Shown: positions 1 through 14,000 of the stretch, piece by piece
How the letters are laid out: each line of letters opens with the position of its first letter
Position numbering within the stretch: the stretch's first letter is position 1
Source of the DNA: Octopus bimaculoides
Lineage: Eukaryota
Assembly: GCF_001194135.2 (NCBI RefSeq)
Contig: NC_068989.1
Span: 947,057 to 1,011,056 of the forward strand
Length of the DNA: 64,000 nt
Reading direction: 5' to 3'
Position numbers and translations under genes: made by a program
The notes under the pieces: generated by a model
Told to the model about the DNA's origin: nothing
The model's database searches: none
What the model saw: the letters and a program-made list of their open reading frames with translations, nothing else

Positions 1-345
1 GCACATGAGATGCACCATTTTGAGCGTGGCCGTTGCCAGTACCGCCTGACTGGCTCCTGTAGGATTTTCGAGCGAGATCGTTGCCAGTGCCCCTGGACTG
101 GCTTGTGCGGGTGGCACATAAAAGACACCATTTCGAGCGTGGCCGTTTTCGTGCGGGTGACACGTAAAAGCACCCACTACACTCTCTGAGTGGTTGGCGT
201 TAGGAAGGGCATCCAGCTGTAGAAACTCTGCCAAATCAGACTGGAGCCTGGTGTTGCCATCCGGTTTCACCAGTCCTCAGTCAAATCGTCCAACCCATGC
301 TAGCATGGAAAGCGGACGTTAAACGATGATGATGATGATGATGAT
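1..345 (+). mobile_element. (GAT)n-tailed SINE-like repeat (RTE-type tail) with internal tandem units; family A
   Basis: Core GTGGTTGGCGTTAGGAAGGGCATCCAGCTGTAGAAA and tail CATGGAAAGCGGACGTTAAACGATGATG recur more than 15 times in the window. Confidence 0.85.
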
Positions 346-427
346 CAGGTGTATTTAATTGTGGCACCCTTGAAGTTTGTGAAGAAATTTGTTACTCACC
401 TGCAAGAATAATAATACTGATACATAC

Positions 428-514
428 CTGTTGGCTGTTAAAAATAGTTTTTTGAGATTTGGACATTTTCGGACTAATTCTATAAAACAACCAGATTCAG
501 ACAGCAAGGAACGA
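428..514 (-). CDS. FBXL4: FBXL4 coding exon 13 (RSLLSESGCFIELVRKCPNLKKLFLTAN)
   Basis: attccag acceptor, GTATGT donor, phase 2 to 2. Confidence 0.92.
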
Positions 515-3500
515 CTGGAATAAATACATTATTGACAATTAAAGTCCATACATTTACAATAATGATTTCTTTTAATTAATTCCAATCAAAATTGTTATGT
601 GAAGGAAGGGAAGTATCTGGCGATTGGGCCAACTACCCCATATTATTACTGCGACTTATTTTTCAATTCAAGTGAGAGGAAAGACATGAAACCTTGCATG
701 AAATTTGATCCTCGAACCAACAAACAAGATTTCACAGTTGTGTTGTTCTATCAACTGGTCAACCAATTCATTGAATTAGCATGTGAAATGGCAGTGTATC
801 CATAGAGAAGTGTTCCCTAGCCATCATTTAACGTCTGCTTTCCATGCTGGCATGGGTTAGACAGTTTGACTGGAATTGGTAAGCCAGAGGGCTGCACCAG
901 GTTCCAGTCAGAATTGATATGGTTTCCATGGCTGGACGCCCTTCCTAATACCAACCACTCCAAGAGAGCAGTGGGTGCTTTTTACATGCCGCCAGCATGA
1001 ATGTCATTTACATGAAACCAGCCACAGCAACAACTATGATTCCACAGGTGCCATAAATTACTGCATGTCTACAGGGAGCCCAAACCGTGTCATTTTGCTC
1101 AACTCAACATTTTAAGGCAGTGCTCCAGTATGACCGCAGGCCAAAGACTGAGAAAGGAAAAGAATTCTCAACTTCCTTGTTTTCGGTGATATGACAATGA
1201 ATAAAAGAGATAAAAGTGAAACATCATTAACAAACGAAAGAAGGACAGAAAAACTTACACCCATCCAAGATCTAATTCCTGAAGAGACATATTGTTGTTA
1301 TTAATTATAGCAAAGAGTCCATTACTACTGAGGGAACGTGCTCGCCAAAAGTCTAAACATTCAATGCATCTGGAATAAAAGAAATGAAAAGAAGGAAATA
1401 AGAAGAAATACAATAATCTTAGAGTTAAGTTTATCCTTAATTTGTTATTAATTGAATAATATAGAATTTTGTTTTTACTAGATAATTATTTCTAGTCAAA
1501 TGCATCTTACATCAAATATATTAACACTAATCTAAGATTGTTTATCACGTGGCAGAATGATTTATTCTCAGATAATAGTATAACACATTTAGTATACGTC
1601 TATAGTATACTTAGTATAGCAGGTAATCTCTAACCACCTGTCACACACCTATGAAGTTAGCCACCCTTTCCTTTCCCCACTCACCCACAGTCTATAATCT
1701 CCCTTATACCCACCTTCTGCCTTGACAGTATGCTCTGGCACCCCATCACCACCCTCTTTATCTTGCTTTCTTTTATTCTCATATAATGTAAGGAAGCCAT
1801 GAATCTCCTCTACAGTAAGTATGATAAAGGGACACCCATGCGTGTCCCTTTATCATACTTTAAGCCTTCAACTCCTGGCATAAAACCATCTCCCCTCTCT
1901 CAGATAGGGGAGAAGTCAGGGAGGCTTTTTCCTTTTTCCTGTTCTTTTCTCTATTTGACAACCTGGCATCATGTAAAAAGCACCCAGTACACCTTGTAAA
2001 GTGGTTGGCATTAGGAAGTGCACCTACCCATACAAACCATGCCACAGCTGACAACAGCACCTGATTCAGCTCTGTAGTTTATTGGATCCTATCAAACTGT
2101 CCACCCCATGCCAGTATGGAAAATGGATGTCTGATAATGATGGCTGAGAAGAGGCCTAAATAATAATACATTGTATCGTTGCTCCTCCGTACTACTGAAC
2201 AAAATTATACTGTCATTAAATGTCAACATTAATTTATGATCTTCCAATTGAAAGCAAACAAAAGGAACTAAGCTGTATGGTCTCATTATTATTTAGACAT
2301 CAACTATTTGAGTTGGAAACATCTACTTCTAAATTCATTCCATTTTCATATCATATCTTTTTTTTTTTTACAACTAAACACCTTTCTTACAACTAACCCC
2401 CTTTTTTCAAAACCTCCTCCACATTCAGACACATCTGCAATAATTACACAACATCCTAATTTATTAATTATGAATATCCACTCAAATCGAAATCAGACCA
2501 GCCCCAAACAACATGCTGGGGATATATATACAAACAGAGATAAACACTGAATAATCCCAGCACAAACACTACGGTACCTTGAATATTTTGCGATATATTC
2601 AGCAACTTTGTCATAGTTTTCAACCATGAAACAGCTACCCAAGTTCAGCACTCTCAGCTTCAAACAGCCCCTGAAATTGCAAAGGAGACATTTTGGCACA
2701 AGGTCAGCAAGTTCAGGGAGGTGGGGATGGGGGTGTTTGATTACATCAACCCCCAATAATCAACTGGTACTTATTTTATTGATCCTGAAAGTATGAGAAG
2801 CAAAGTAGACCTCAGTGGAATTTGAACTCAAAACGCAATGACGGACATAATGCTGCTAAGTGTTTTGCCCGGCATGTTAATGATTTTGCCAGCCTCTCTC
2901 CGCCTTTTGTGAGGGAGAAATAACGACATTAAGAAATACAGGTTCAAAGAGTTGAGTAGCAGAGACAAGATTTTCTTCTAACTGCTTTTTTTTTTAAGAG
3001 ATCAAAAACTATATATGTATGGGGGAACTGAAGTTGCAATAATAAATAATAGGATAATTAACGCAGACTCTACTAGCAAATGTGAGAGGCTTTAAAATAT
3101 CTGCTTATTTTCCACAGGGATAGATGGTTGATTACACAAGTACTAGAGTAAGCTATAAAAAAGAAAAAAAAAAAAAATCAATGACAGCATTATGGTCATC
3201 ACAGCTGATAATTGTAATGGTCACACTGAGAAACAGCAGGACAGGAAGAGCGATGTGTGTGGAAGCTATAGCCAGGATAAAATCAATGAAAACTGAAGGA
3301 GCTTTACAATACAAATGATTTACCATTTGTAACACATGCACACACAATCCAGTCAATGGTTACAAACCACTTAGGTAGGTATATAAATGAGATTGACTTT
3401 GTACTTCATAGAAAATTACTGTAATGTAGTTAACAAATTTAGGTCAAGGGCAAGAAAGACTTGGGAAACAAACACAAAAAAAAAATAGAATAAAGACTGG

Positions 3501-6500
3501 AAAGAACTGAAAAGATCTTTCTGTAGAGAGAAATTTTCAGGCAGCATGATAATGGTCTCCAGTGGCAGAGGAGAAACAAATGGAAAGTTATGAGAAGAAA
3601 ACTGAGGGTTTCTAAAAGACAGCCTCGTTTAGTGTATGCCATGGTTTTATGTTAGAATAAAAGAATGGATTGAGTTGTAATGGCTCAGCTGTATGCATGG
3701 AAGAAGCAGAGGAATGTGGATATGAAGGAATGACATCAAGATTTGTGTGGAAGAGACAGAAGGGTATTTAGCAGGCATGGGTGTGTGGGAAGAAGCTTGC
3801 TTCCCAACCACATGGTTCTAGGTTCAGTCCTGCTGCATGGAACCTTGGTCAAGTGTATTCTACCATACAAGGCTGACCAAGGCCTTGGAGTGGATTTGGT
3901 GTGTGTGCGTGTGAGAGAGAGCCCTCTGACAGCCACTGTTGATGTTTTTATATCCCCGTAACTTAGCAGTTTGGCAAAAGGCACTGATAGAATAAGTACC
4001 TGAAAAATACTTCTTTCCAATACAGTTGATAGCTTCAGGTCCCAAGGAGACCAAACCATTCAGAGAGGAATATAATCAGAAAGCATAGGATTCAGAATAA
4101 GAACAGGATGGAAAAGTTCACAGAGTGAATAGTTTTGCATGGAGCAAAGGAATCTGTCTTTGACTGAAGAATCAGATGCAAGGAAAGACTGCATTGGCAT
4201 AGAAGACATGGAATGCTTATAAGAAATCCAAGCAAAAGAATATTGTGAAAGGGGAAGACAAGAGAAGGCATAAGCAGAAGTGGTGAAAGCCAACGTTGAG
4301 TTGTTGAATGTCACAAAGGAGATGAGAAAAGAATGTAACAAGTGAGAGAGTTTGTTAGGGAGGACCTGTCCAACCCATACAAGGATGTGATGATGATGAT
4401 GAAGAAGTAATACATTAGGTATATCTAAACGGGAGGGGAGCTGAAAGGAATAGATTTATTAATGCTCTACAACATGACAAGAAACATGAAATTTTCCAAA
4501 CTGCAGAGGCATAGTGTTAATATGGATGAGAATGTTGTTGGGTAAGTATATTGATACTCTTGGCTTGCTGTGAGAGTAAAATGAAAGACATATGTAAAAT
4601 GCCATTACGTGAGTTTGTTAAATAAGAATATAATGGGGGAAACAGTGAGAGGCTGGAATGACCAGGAGTCAGCTATTGATGGTAGCTTCAATTCATAGCA
4701 AGTTGGAAATTTTCATCTTAGAGAAAAATGAAATAAAATTCAATCGTTATTCATTAGTCACAAAGAAGAAGGGAAATAATTGCAATGAATTAAAAATGAC
4801 TCAAAAAACCAAATCCTAATGCTTAAGGGAAAATCTGATCTTTAGTGTATGGGGACAGTAACAAACATGTTCTGGCCTTATTGGATCTTATCAGTGAAGC
4901 ATAGATTTTCTCTTAAGTTTGAAAACATTTTTTCATATCAATTTTTAATTTAACTGATAGGTTTAGCTTGTACATTAGGCAAAATGGGTGAGTTTGTATC
5001 AGGTTATGTAACCCCAAACACTATTTCTAATCAGGCAAACAAGGTTCTTAACAAAAAACAAACCTCTCAACTTTTCATTTGACAGGACTCTTCGATGGAG
5101 CTTGATGGACACTAAGGAAACAAAGATGCAGACGAATGGTAGGTGAGAACTTTCTTTTTTAGGGAGAACCCAGCCTCCTTTTTATTGGAAGATTTCAAAG
5201 AACAAAAAAAAAAAAAAACATACATCTACACACACAACCTTGGATACATACGCACATCATGATTATGATGATGATGACGACATCCATACACATAATCTTC
5301 AACACACACACACACATACACACATGCACCCTCCCCCACCACACAGGTTGTGGTCAATCTGAAAGATAACATTTATCTTATAAAATAAATAAAATAAATG
5401 TTATGCTTGAATAAGAGAAAGCAAAGCTTACATTTAAATGCTAAGCATGATGTGGTGAAACCCTTTACAAATACGCTGCAACACATTTTGGGGGAACTGT
5501 CTCTTCACTCTAAACACCAAAATGTGAATTGAGAACAAATGCTTCTAATGCTTACTTCAGTATTTGGAGTACAGCAGGACTTGTGACAGTCGTACTATAT
5601 AAGTTGAGATTCTCAAGTTGCTCAAGTCGGCAAATATACTCAAATTCATTGCAGTTGATTCCAGAACAATTTTGCAAATCTAATTCTATAAGTAAAGAAA
5701 TAGAAAAACAATTGAAGGATTAATTAGAACATTCTACAAACCAGCAATTGGGCACAAAACACACACACACACACATTACATATATATTAATTGTTGCTAT
5801 GTTAATTATCATGTATGAATATTACTATATGTGGATTAATGTTAATCTTAAATGAATTTCCAGCCAGGTTCAAAACCAGGTCACATCAACCTTTTTCTGT
5901 TTATAGAAAAGATAACAAGAGATTACCTCAGTCTAAAATCTCACAGGGAGTGTCAGCTAAAGACATTACGTTTACCTTAAGACACAGAAAATTCTCATTA
6001 CACACCCACACAATACATATATAGACATGCAAGTAAATGTACCTAATAAGATAATTGAAAAACAGCAAGCTAGATGAATATTTAAAATAGGGGAAGTTTT
6101 TGAGATTATATGGTTACACGTCATAATAATAGATTCAGAATCATCATTATTATCCTCATTATTTAACGACCATTGTTCATACTGGTATGGGTTGGATGGT
6201 TTGACCAGGGCTGGCAAGCTACACTGAACTCCAGTCTGATTTGGTATGGTTTCTATGACTGGATGTCCTTCCTAACGCCAACCACTTTACAGAGTGTGCT
6301 GGGTGCTTTTATATGGCACCACCTTCATCAGCCAAACTCCATTGTGTTGCATGGTGCTCCATCATGCCGAAAAATCTCACCTTCAACCAAGTCTGGTATC
6401 AAATTGTTCTTCAGCAACTGAATGGATTTGGTGCTATTCAAGTTACCATCACTTTTAACCAACTGAATGAACTGAAATGTGTAGAATTAAACAAGTTGTC

Positions 6501-9500
6501 CAAATATAAAATGTGATGTTTGCAATGGATTTGAATTCAAGGACTTTGAATTTGTAGTTAATTAGCATATCTCCACAGTTGTTTTGCTTTTAACCTTAAC
6601 ATTATGACTTCTTACCTGATTTTAGATAAATAATAATTATCACTTTCAACAGTAGAAATCAAAATAACTCTTACCTTCCAAATTTCGGCAGGCCTTAACT
6701 AGTATTTGCAGAGAGGTCAGAGTTATAAAATCACAGCATGCTAACCGCAAACATATCAGGTTGGTGTTAGAGGCAACAAGAAGTCTGTAAGAAAGCAAAT
6801 TTAATGAATTATTTATGTTTGATATTGTATCATTGAATTAAATGATATTTAATTAAAAATAAATATTTTGTTGCTTACAATTTGAAAGGATCACAAATCA
6901 GTGGAGACTTGAAAAGTTACAACCACAACTGTTTGTTGTGAGATATTGTTCCTTTGTTGAATTTAGGAAATAAATAAACTTTGCTTGCAAAGACCTATTG
7001 AGGCAAGTGAAATCAAATCAAAATCGCTGATGTGGCCGATGACAGTACCACCTGATTGGCACTCGTGCCAATGGAGTGTTAAAAGCACCATTCGAGCATG
7101 ATTGTTGCCAGCGTTGTCTTACCGGCACATGAAAAACAACATTCAAGCGTGGTTGTTGCCAGTGCTGCCAGACTGGCTCCCGTGCCGGTGGCACATAAAA
7201 GCACCCACTACACTCTCGGAGTGGTTGGCGTTAGGAAGGGCATCCAGCTGTAGAAACTTTACCCTAACTACTTTACAGCTTTACAGAGTGTACTAGGTGC
7301 ATTTTATGTGGCACCAACACTGGTGCTTTCTAAGTGGCATCAGCACTGACAGAGTCCCCAAGTACCTTGCAAGACAAAAAAAATTACAGTTTTCAAAACT
7401 TAAATAGATTTATTAGTTGTCTTATATCCATATAAGTGTTAATTCTAGCATAAGTGACACGACTTGTTTAAAAACTCTACATTTGCAGAAAATTCCAGCA
7501 ATTTAGATTTTAAACTCTGGATGCTTTTTCCAGCATTAAACATTCAATAATAAAATAAGAATAGAAGAACTGCTTCAAACTACGGCAATTAGTTTAGGAA
7601 AATTTCAAGTTCAAAATGTTCCATCACTCGAGATATGACATTTAATCTTAAGAGGTCGTTATACATTTTGTAATTGTGTGAGTACTTGAATGACAGATTA
7701 ATAAAAAAATATCACAAATGTAAATTGAAAATTAGTAGACCTAGGGCCACGTGGGGTGGAAATAAGGAGAGGACAAGGAATGTTAAAGTTAATTAAATAG
7801 GTTATATTTCTAATGGTATGATGAATAATAATTTTATTTAATGGTGCCATGTAAAAAGCACCCGTACTGGTGCCACTGTAAAGCCCTGGTGCTGGTACCA
7901 CATAAAAATCACCCAGTACATTCTGTAAAGTGGTTGGCATTAAGAAGGGCATCCAGCAATAGAAACCATGCCAAACCGGACAATTGGAGACTGGTGTAGC
8001 CCTTTGGCTGTCCAGCTCCTGTCAAACCGTTTGACCCATCCCAGCATGGAAAACGGATATTAAATGACAATGATGATAATGATGATGTTTATATAATTAT
8101 TATTAGTTTTATTGTAGTAATTATTTACTGAAATAGCTTAAACAGAGCATGATGTTGAAGTTATCAAAATGATATTTTTTTCTCAACCAGCTTGAATAAG
8201 TAAAACAACTGATGTTGCTTAGGTAGAAATATTAAAGAAAAGATAGGAAATCAACAACTAAAGTAAGAATACTAGGAATGCAGAAGAGGAAGCTTTCTTT
8301 ATTAAGAAATTGTACAATAAAATAGTTGTGCAATTTCTAGTTCAGTAATCTAAATCCATTGCAATAAATATAAGATAAACTTGAGAGAAATAATGTAAGC
8401 TTTAAACATTCTATGTTAACACAACAGGTGTAAACATAGAATGATTGTGACCTCCCGAGCAGTCTCTGGGATAAATGTTAAATTAATTAAAAAACTTTGA
8501 TGACATCAACTGACGCAAAATTTATAATCTCTAGGCTGGATGCTTTGACCAGAGATATTTTTGATTAAAAAAACATCATTGAAAAACTAGGAATAGTAAG
8601 ACTTACCCTTTCAGGCTTAAATCTGTTACATTACACCATGAGACATCTAATTTATTCAACTTTTTACATCTTGAAACCAAACTATTCAAAGTTTTATCAG
8701 ACACCTGAAATAATGAAACAGACTTTCTTTATTGATTTTGCTTTACTTTAATATCTATTAATTCACCTGTTACAGTTTTGCACAAATTATAAATATCTAT
8801 AAATAATTGTTAGTATAACTGTCATTGTTGGAATATAGTTTCTATGTTTGACAATTAAATTCAACATGCATTTTGGGAGGAAAAACCCATCATCCACATC
8901 CTCTCTCCACAACACTAATATCAAAAAGTCTCCTTGGGAACGTGATCTGGACATTACTGCCAGCAGTGATTTAAGTGGGACAAAGCACATCTCTACAATT
9001 GTCCAGAAGGCCGAGGGTGTCTTGGCATCACTCAGCAAGACCTTTGACCTTTGTCAGCCGGTCTCCCAGCTATCTATTTAAGGCTGTATATGTCTATGGA
9101 GGGGCCACACTTGCAATTTGCATCACCAGTCTGGAACCCCTATCTTGCTGAGGACATTGACCTCCTGGAAACTGTTCAGAGACATGCAACCAAACGAATA
9201 CCCTCCATCGGGCATCTACTGTACCCTGAATGCCTTGCTTCCCTGGGCATGGATGCATTGAAGCTCCAATGTCTGGCAACTGACTTAGTGAACACCCACA
9301 AAATTATTAACCATTGCGCCAACAACCACAATAGATTACAGGTAACAGGGTACATACTGCTGACCTCTCAGCTGATTGTCTGGTACCTTGGTACCTTATT
9401 GGTTCCTCTCTAGGTACTCTATAGGGACAGAGAACTGTCAATGAAATCAGGAGGAAGAGGAGGTCCAGTGGCCATAAAATTTGTGTCGGTTTTGTTAGAC

Positions 9501-10941
9501 TTTCTGATAAGGATGAGTTGGTAAGGTTATGGTAATAGTTTAGTGTAAGTCAGCTCTGGCTGTTGTAGACATATGATCAAAGGTCACCCAGCCATGACCA
9601 TCCCATCATTTTCTTAGGCATTGCATATCCAATGCTTTCCTCTCTCTTTTCTAGATGGTAGGGTGCAATCTGAGGAAGATTTGACTATTATTTTTAGCAG
9701 GCCGAGTGACCTAGAAGAGTTTTCCATTGCAAGTTTGTATGCGGAGATAGTACAGAGAGCATGGAATAAATTAGAGAGAGAGAGAGAAGAAGGATTTCTG
9801 AGTGGAGCAATAATGGAAGACATAAAAAAGGAAAGTTACCTTGTACCAATATGGCTTTAAGTTGACTTTTGTCCAGAGGAAAGCATCATACGTACTATCT
9901 CTAAGATACCTAACAAAGAAAATGTAAACTGACTTCAGTTTTAATTAGCTTTAAAATTTTAATGAAGCAGACTGGAAATTTAAAAGGTATTCAGTGAGTG
10001 TAGGTTAACGAGAAATGAATGAAAAATTCTAGGAATTAAGAAAAATTAATAGCTGGTGACCTAATAATAACCATTTCCAGATAAAAGATGCTGGTAGAAC
10101 TAATAACAGCTGGAACAGAATAAAGGTAAACGAAGTTGCAATTAATTAGTAGATTCTCTTCAACAAAGACTAAAAGTAGTTGTACTAGTTATTATATAAG
10201 TATTTAGGTATTTAACAGTTTTTCCTGTTGCATCTTGGGAGGGTCATCATGCCAATAATAAGCACACACACTGGTTCAATTTCCCTTTTTTTATTTTTAT
10301 TCGTCAACTGGTTGGATCATTTAACTAATCAATTGTTTGATTAATTATTTGGTTAATCAACCAATCAGCTCGATTTATCATTCACAACCTCATCAATGAC
10401 ATGCCCTCTCTATTCCAGGTTTGCTTCAATCAACAAATAAATGATAAAGAAGCAGCTTTGGCTAACCTCAAAGTTCTGATTGTGGCTGATGAGACAGAAC
10501 ATGTCAAAACACTGGTTTCCCAGAATGCCATGCACCATTGAGATGAATGTGTTGAACACAGTGTTGTCTAAAACGGAAAAGTCATTCTTCTAAGACATAC
10601 ACTACAGTGACCAGCATATTTAGCGTCTGAACTTGCCCAGATGTGTTACGAATAAATATGCTAATATTCATTCAATTCTAAATGAAATATCTAGAATCAA
10701 ATTACAAAAAGGACTCATAATAACAATAGATTACATTGTAAAGGTTTAACCAAATCTAGAATAAAATAGGTTACAATATACGTTTTGCTTACTGGAACTA
10801 AAAGGAATATCATTTTATTATAAAGTAATAAACAGTTGAATTGTTATCTTACTTGCAAGTTTGTGAAAGTAAACATAAAGAAACTTGATCAAGGTAGCTC
10901 AACAAGAAAAATAGTATTTCCTGCTGAAAAACAAATAGAAA

Positions 10942-11013
<72 letters not shown>

Positions 11014-14000
11014 GACAAAATTTAAACTCGGAACGTAAAGACACATGAAATGCCTCTAAGCATTTTGCCCTGCATGCTAACAACTCTGCCAGCTTGTTGC
11101 CCTTATAGATGTATATACCATGAAATATATACCATGAAATATATACCATGAAATATACCATGAAATATACCATGAAATATACCATGAAATATACTTACCG
11201 GTAATAGTTTAAAATAACCTCCATCCATTTCAGTGAAAGAATCTCTTTGAATGGCGGCAGGTGAAGTAATGGCTGTACTAAATGAAATCTGGGAAACAAT
11301 ATAATTTTCAAGATTTGGTTTGTAACCTATCAATTGTATGGCATCAATCTCTGTATAATACTGTAACATTTGGTGATGGAATTCAATGCGAAATAAACTG
11401 AAACATAAAGAATTGTTAAATTACATAATTTATACAAAATAAACAGCTATTGTGTTTTTTTATGAATTGTTTTTTTTTTGCTTATCTTTTAAAATGAATT
11501 TAATTTTACTTTTGAAATTTTTTTTTGGTTATGGAAAACCAAATGAACCAGCTTCAATACATCATAAACAGAGAGTTGAGAGAATAAGAAAGTTCAGAGA
11601 GCTCTGAACCTCCTCTGTTGGTAGTGATAGGTTTCTCTCTCTTTGAGTGAAAAGCAGATTTTATGATGTTTGTGCATGAACAGCAATGCCACATGTTACT
11701 GAGACATGGGTCCTGAATGTAGAGGACATGCAAAAGCTTGAAAGAAACAAATCTACCATGCTCTGCTGTGTGTATAATGTCAGTGTAAATGTGCTGAGCA
11801 GAAGAGGAATCAAATGTTGTGTGCAAGAGAGACGACTGTGTTGGTATGGTCATGTGATGTTTAGCTGTATAAGGAAACAGTGATTGCTTTAAGTGGATGG
11901 AACTCATGGAAGGGGGGGACCCAGGAAGACATCAGATGAAGTACTGAAAGTTGATTAAAGCTCAGAGAGGAGATGACAAAGGACCATGATTGAGAATTGA
12001 CTGTGCTTGTGGAGACCCATATGGCACCGTTCAGCTGCCGTATTCATATGGCAGCAGAATCTGTACATACTCTATCTTCTTCCTCATGCTACTAGTTACT
12101 CCCCACCTCTCTCTCCCTCGAATCACTTCCTTTAACATCCGGCCTTCATTCATTCTCAATATCATGTCTCCCTACTCTATTTCCCATTTTCGTCGTTTTG
12201 ATTTCTGACCAACCACTTCCATGAAATGTCTAATTTTTGGATAAGTACAATGTACCAGACTGGACTTCTAGCAAGCACCATTGTCTCTAAATTAAATGAA
12301 GGCCTATGTGAAACATTAAGGGGACATCTGCAGAGAAAGGAAGAGAAAATGTTAATTATTAAATGGTAGAGAAATACATTTCTAGGTAGCAGAGAAAATG
12401 ACCAACATATGGTCTGGTTTTTATCTCCAAGTTTTCTCAATGACAAGTGAGAAAAATAAAAACTTACTTAGTTGGGTAGGAAATTGGTTTGAAGCTTATC
12501 TCAAAAATTCTGCATTTTTCTGAACATTTCTGTGGAGGACCTGACCAGACACAATTCCACCTGAAAAAGTAATTAAAAACCAAAATTAACCATTAATATT
12601 TAATTATTAACATATTATTATTATTATTATGAAGGTGTTCGATTGACAGACTCATTAGAGTGATGGGCAACAATACTTGGCAATATTTCCTCTTATTCTT
12701 TACATTCTGAGTTCAAAGCCTACCAAAGTCAAGTTTACCTTTCAACCCCCCCCCCTCCCACTAGGGTCAATAAAACAAAGTACTAATCAAGCACTCGGGT
12801 CAATGTAATTGAATAACCTTCTCCTCTTGGTATTGCTGGCCTTGTGCCTCAATTAGAAACAATTATTAATAGATTTCATATAACAAATTTGTGTGATTCT
12901 GCTTTTAGTCAGATACATAAGCATTTCTATATTTAAACTTATTGCACAGAAGGTCTGGGTAAGTGATATGTGGTTTGTCAGGTGGATGCTGACAGCACCA
13001 TAAAGAAATGCTGAGCTCTCATAGTGGATGGAACTCATGGAAGAGGGTGATCCAGGAAGACATGGGATGAGGTACTGAAAGATGACCTCAGGATGCTGAA
13101 CCTTTCAGATGGAATGACAAAGGACCGAGATAACTGGTGCCTTGCTGTATTCAAGAAGACCCATCTTCCACAGCAGAAGTGTTGAGACCCCATTCCTCCC
13201 GGTGAAAAGGATTGGCCTGCAAGAATCCTGCTGGTGCCATGTAAAAAACACTCATGCCAGTGCCATGTTAAAAGCACAATGCACACACTGTAAAGTGGTT
13301 GGCATTAGGAAGGGCACCCAGCTGTGGAAACCAATCAGAGAGGAACCTGGTGCAGTTCCACAGCTTGCCAGCTCTGGTCAAACTGTCCAACCCATGCATG
13401 GAAAATGGACGTGATGATGATGATTTAAAGATATTTCTCCATAATGAAAACCAAATATGACTTTCATATCTTGTCGAACAAGATACTCTACAATGTTTGT
13501 GAATGGAAAGAAAGACAAAGAAATAATAATTTGGTTTGAAATAGAGTAGAACACAATCTCAGCTCCAACTTATTGTTGCCACTGAGTTAAAGATCAAAAA
13601 CTGATAAAAGAACAGGTTTAAATATTGAAGGATGCCTACTTTGTATCACCTTGGTCAACACAGGTACCGGCTAACCTATCACAAGCCATTACTTTTACAA
13701 TTGCCCCAGGGTTATATGTTTCATAAACTTTGAATCCAATAGGGTACACCATCCTTTCAAATAAGATTTCTGAAAACAAAAGAAAAAAACAAGATTATTA
13801 AATGGTGTTACTTCTTTTTCTTAAAATGTTTCAATCCATTTGAGTACATAAATTAAGCAGAGGGCTTTATGCCCGTACTCTTAGAATGGTTGGTTTTGAA
13901 TTCTTTGCTTGCCATGTGTGTGTGTGTGTGTGTGTGTGTGCATGCATCTATCTACCTATCCATCTACCCCGCACACACACACACACACATTCTAACCATT

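Noticed and set aside
6381-6471. Minus-strand AG..GT-bounded segment that looks like an FBXL4 exon
   Set aside because: It hits a stop in the required phase, exons 9 and 10 already join correctly, and the open frame is Tc1 transposase-like.
11112-11194. CRISPR-like array
   Set aside because: Contiguous 12-14-bp units with no spacers in a eukaryotic intron; it is a minisatellite.
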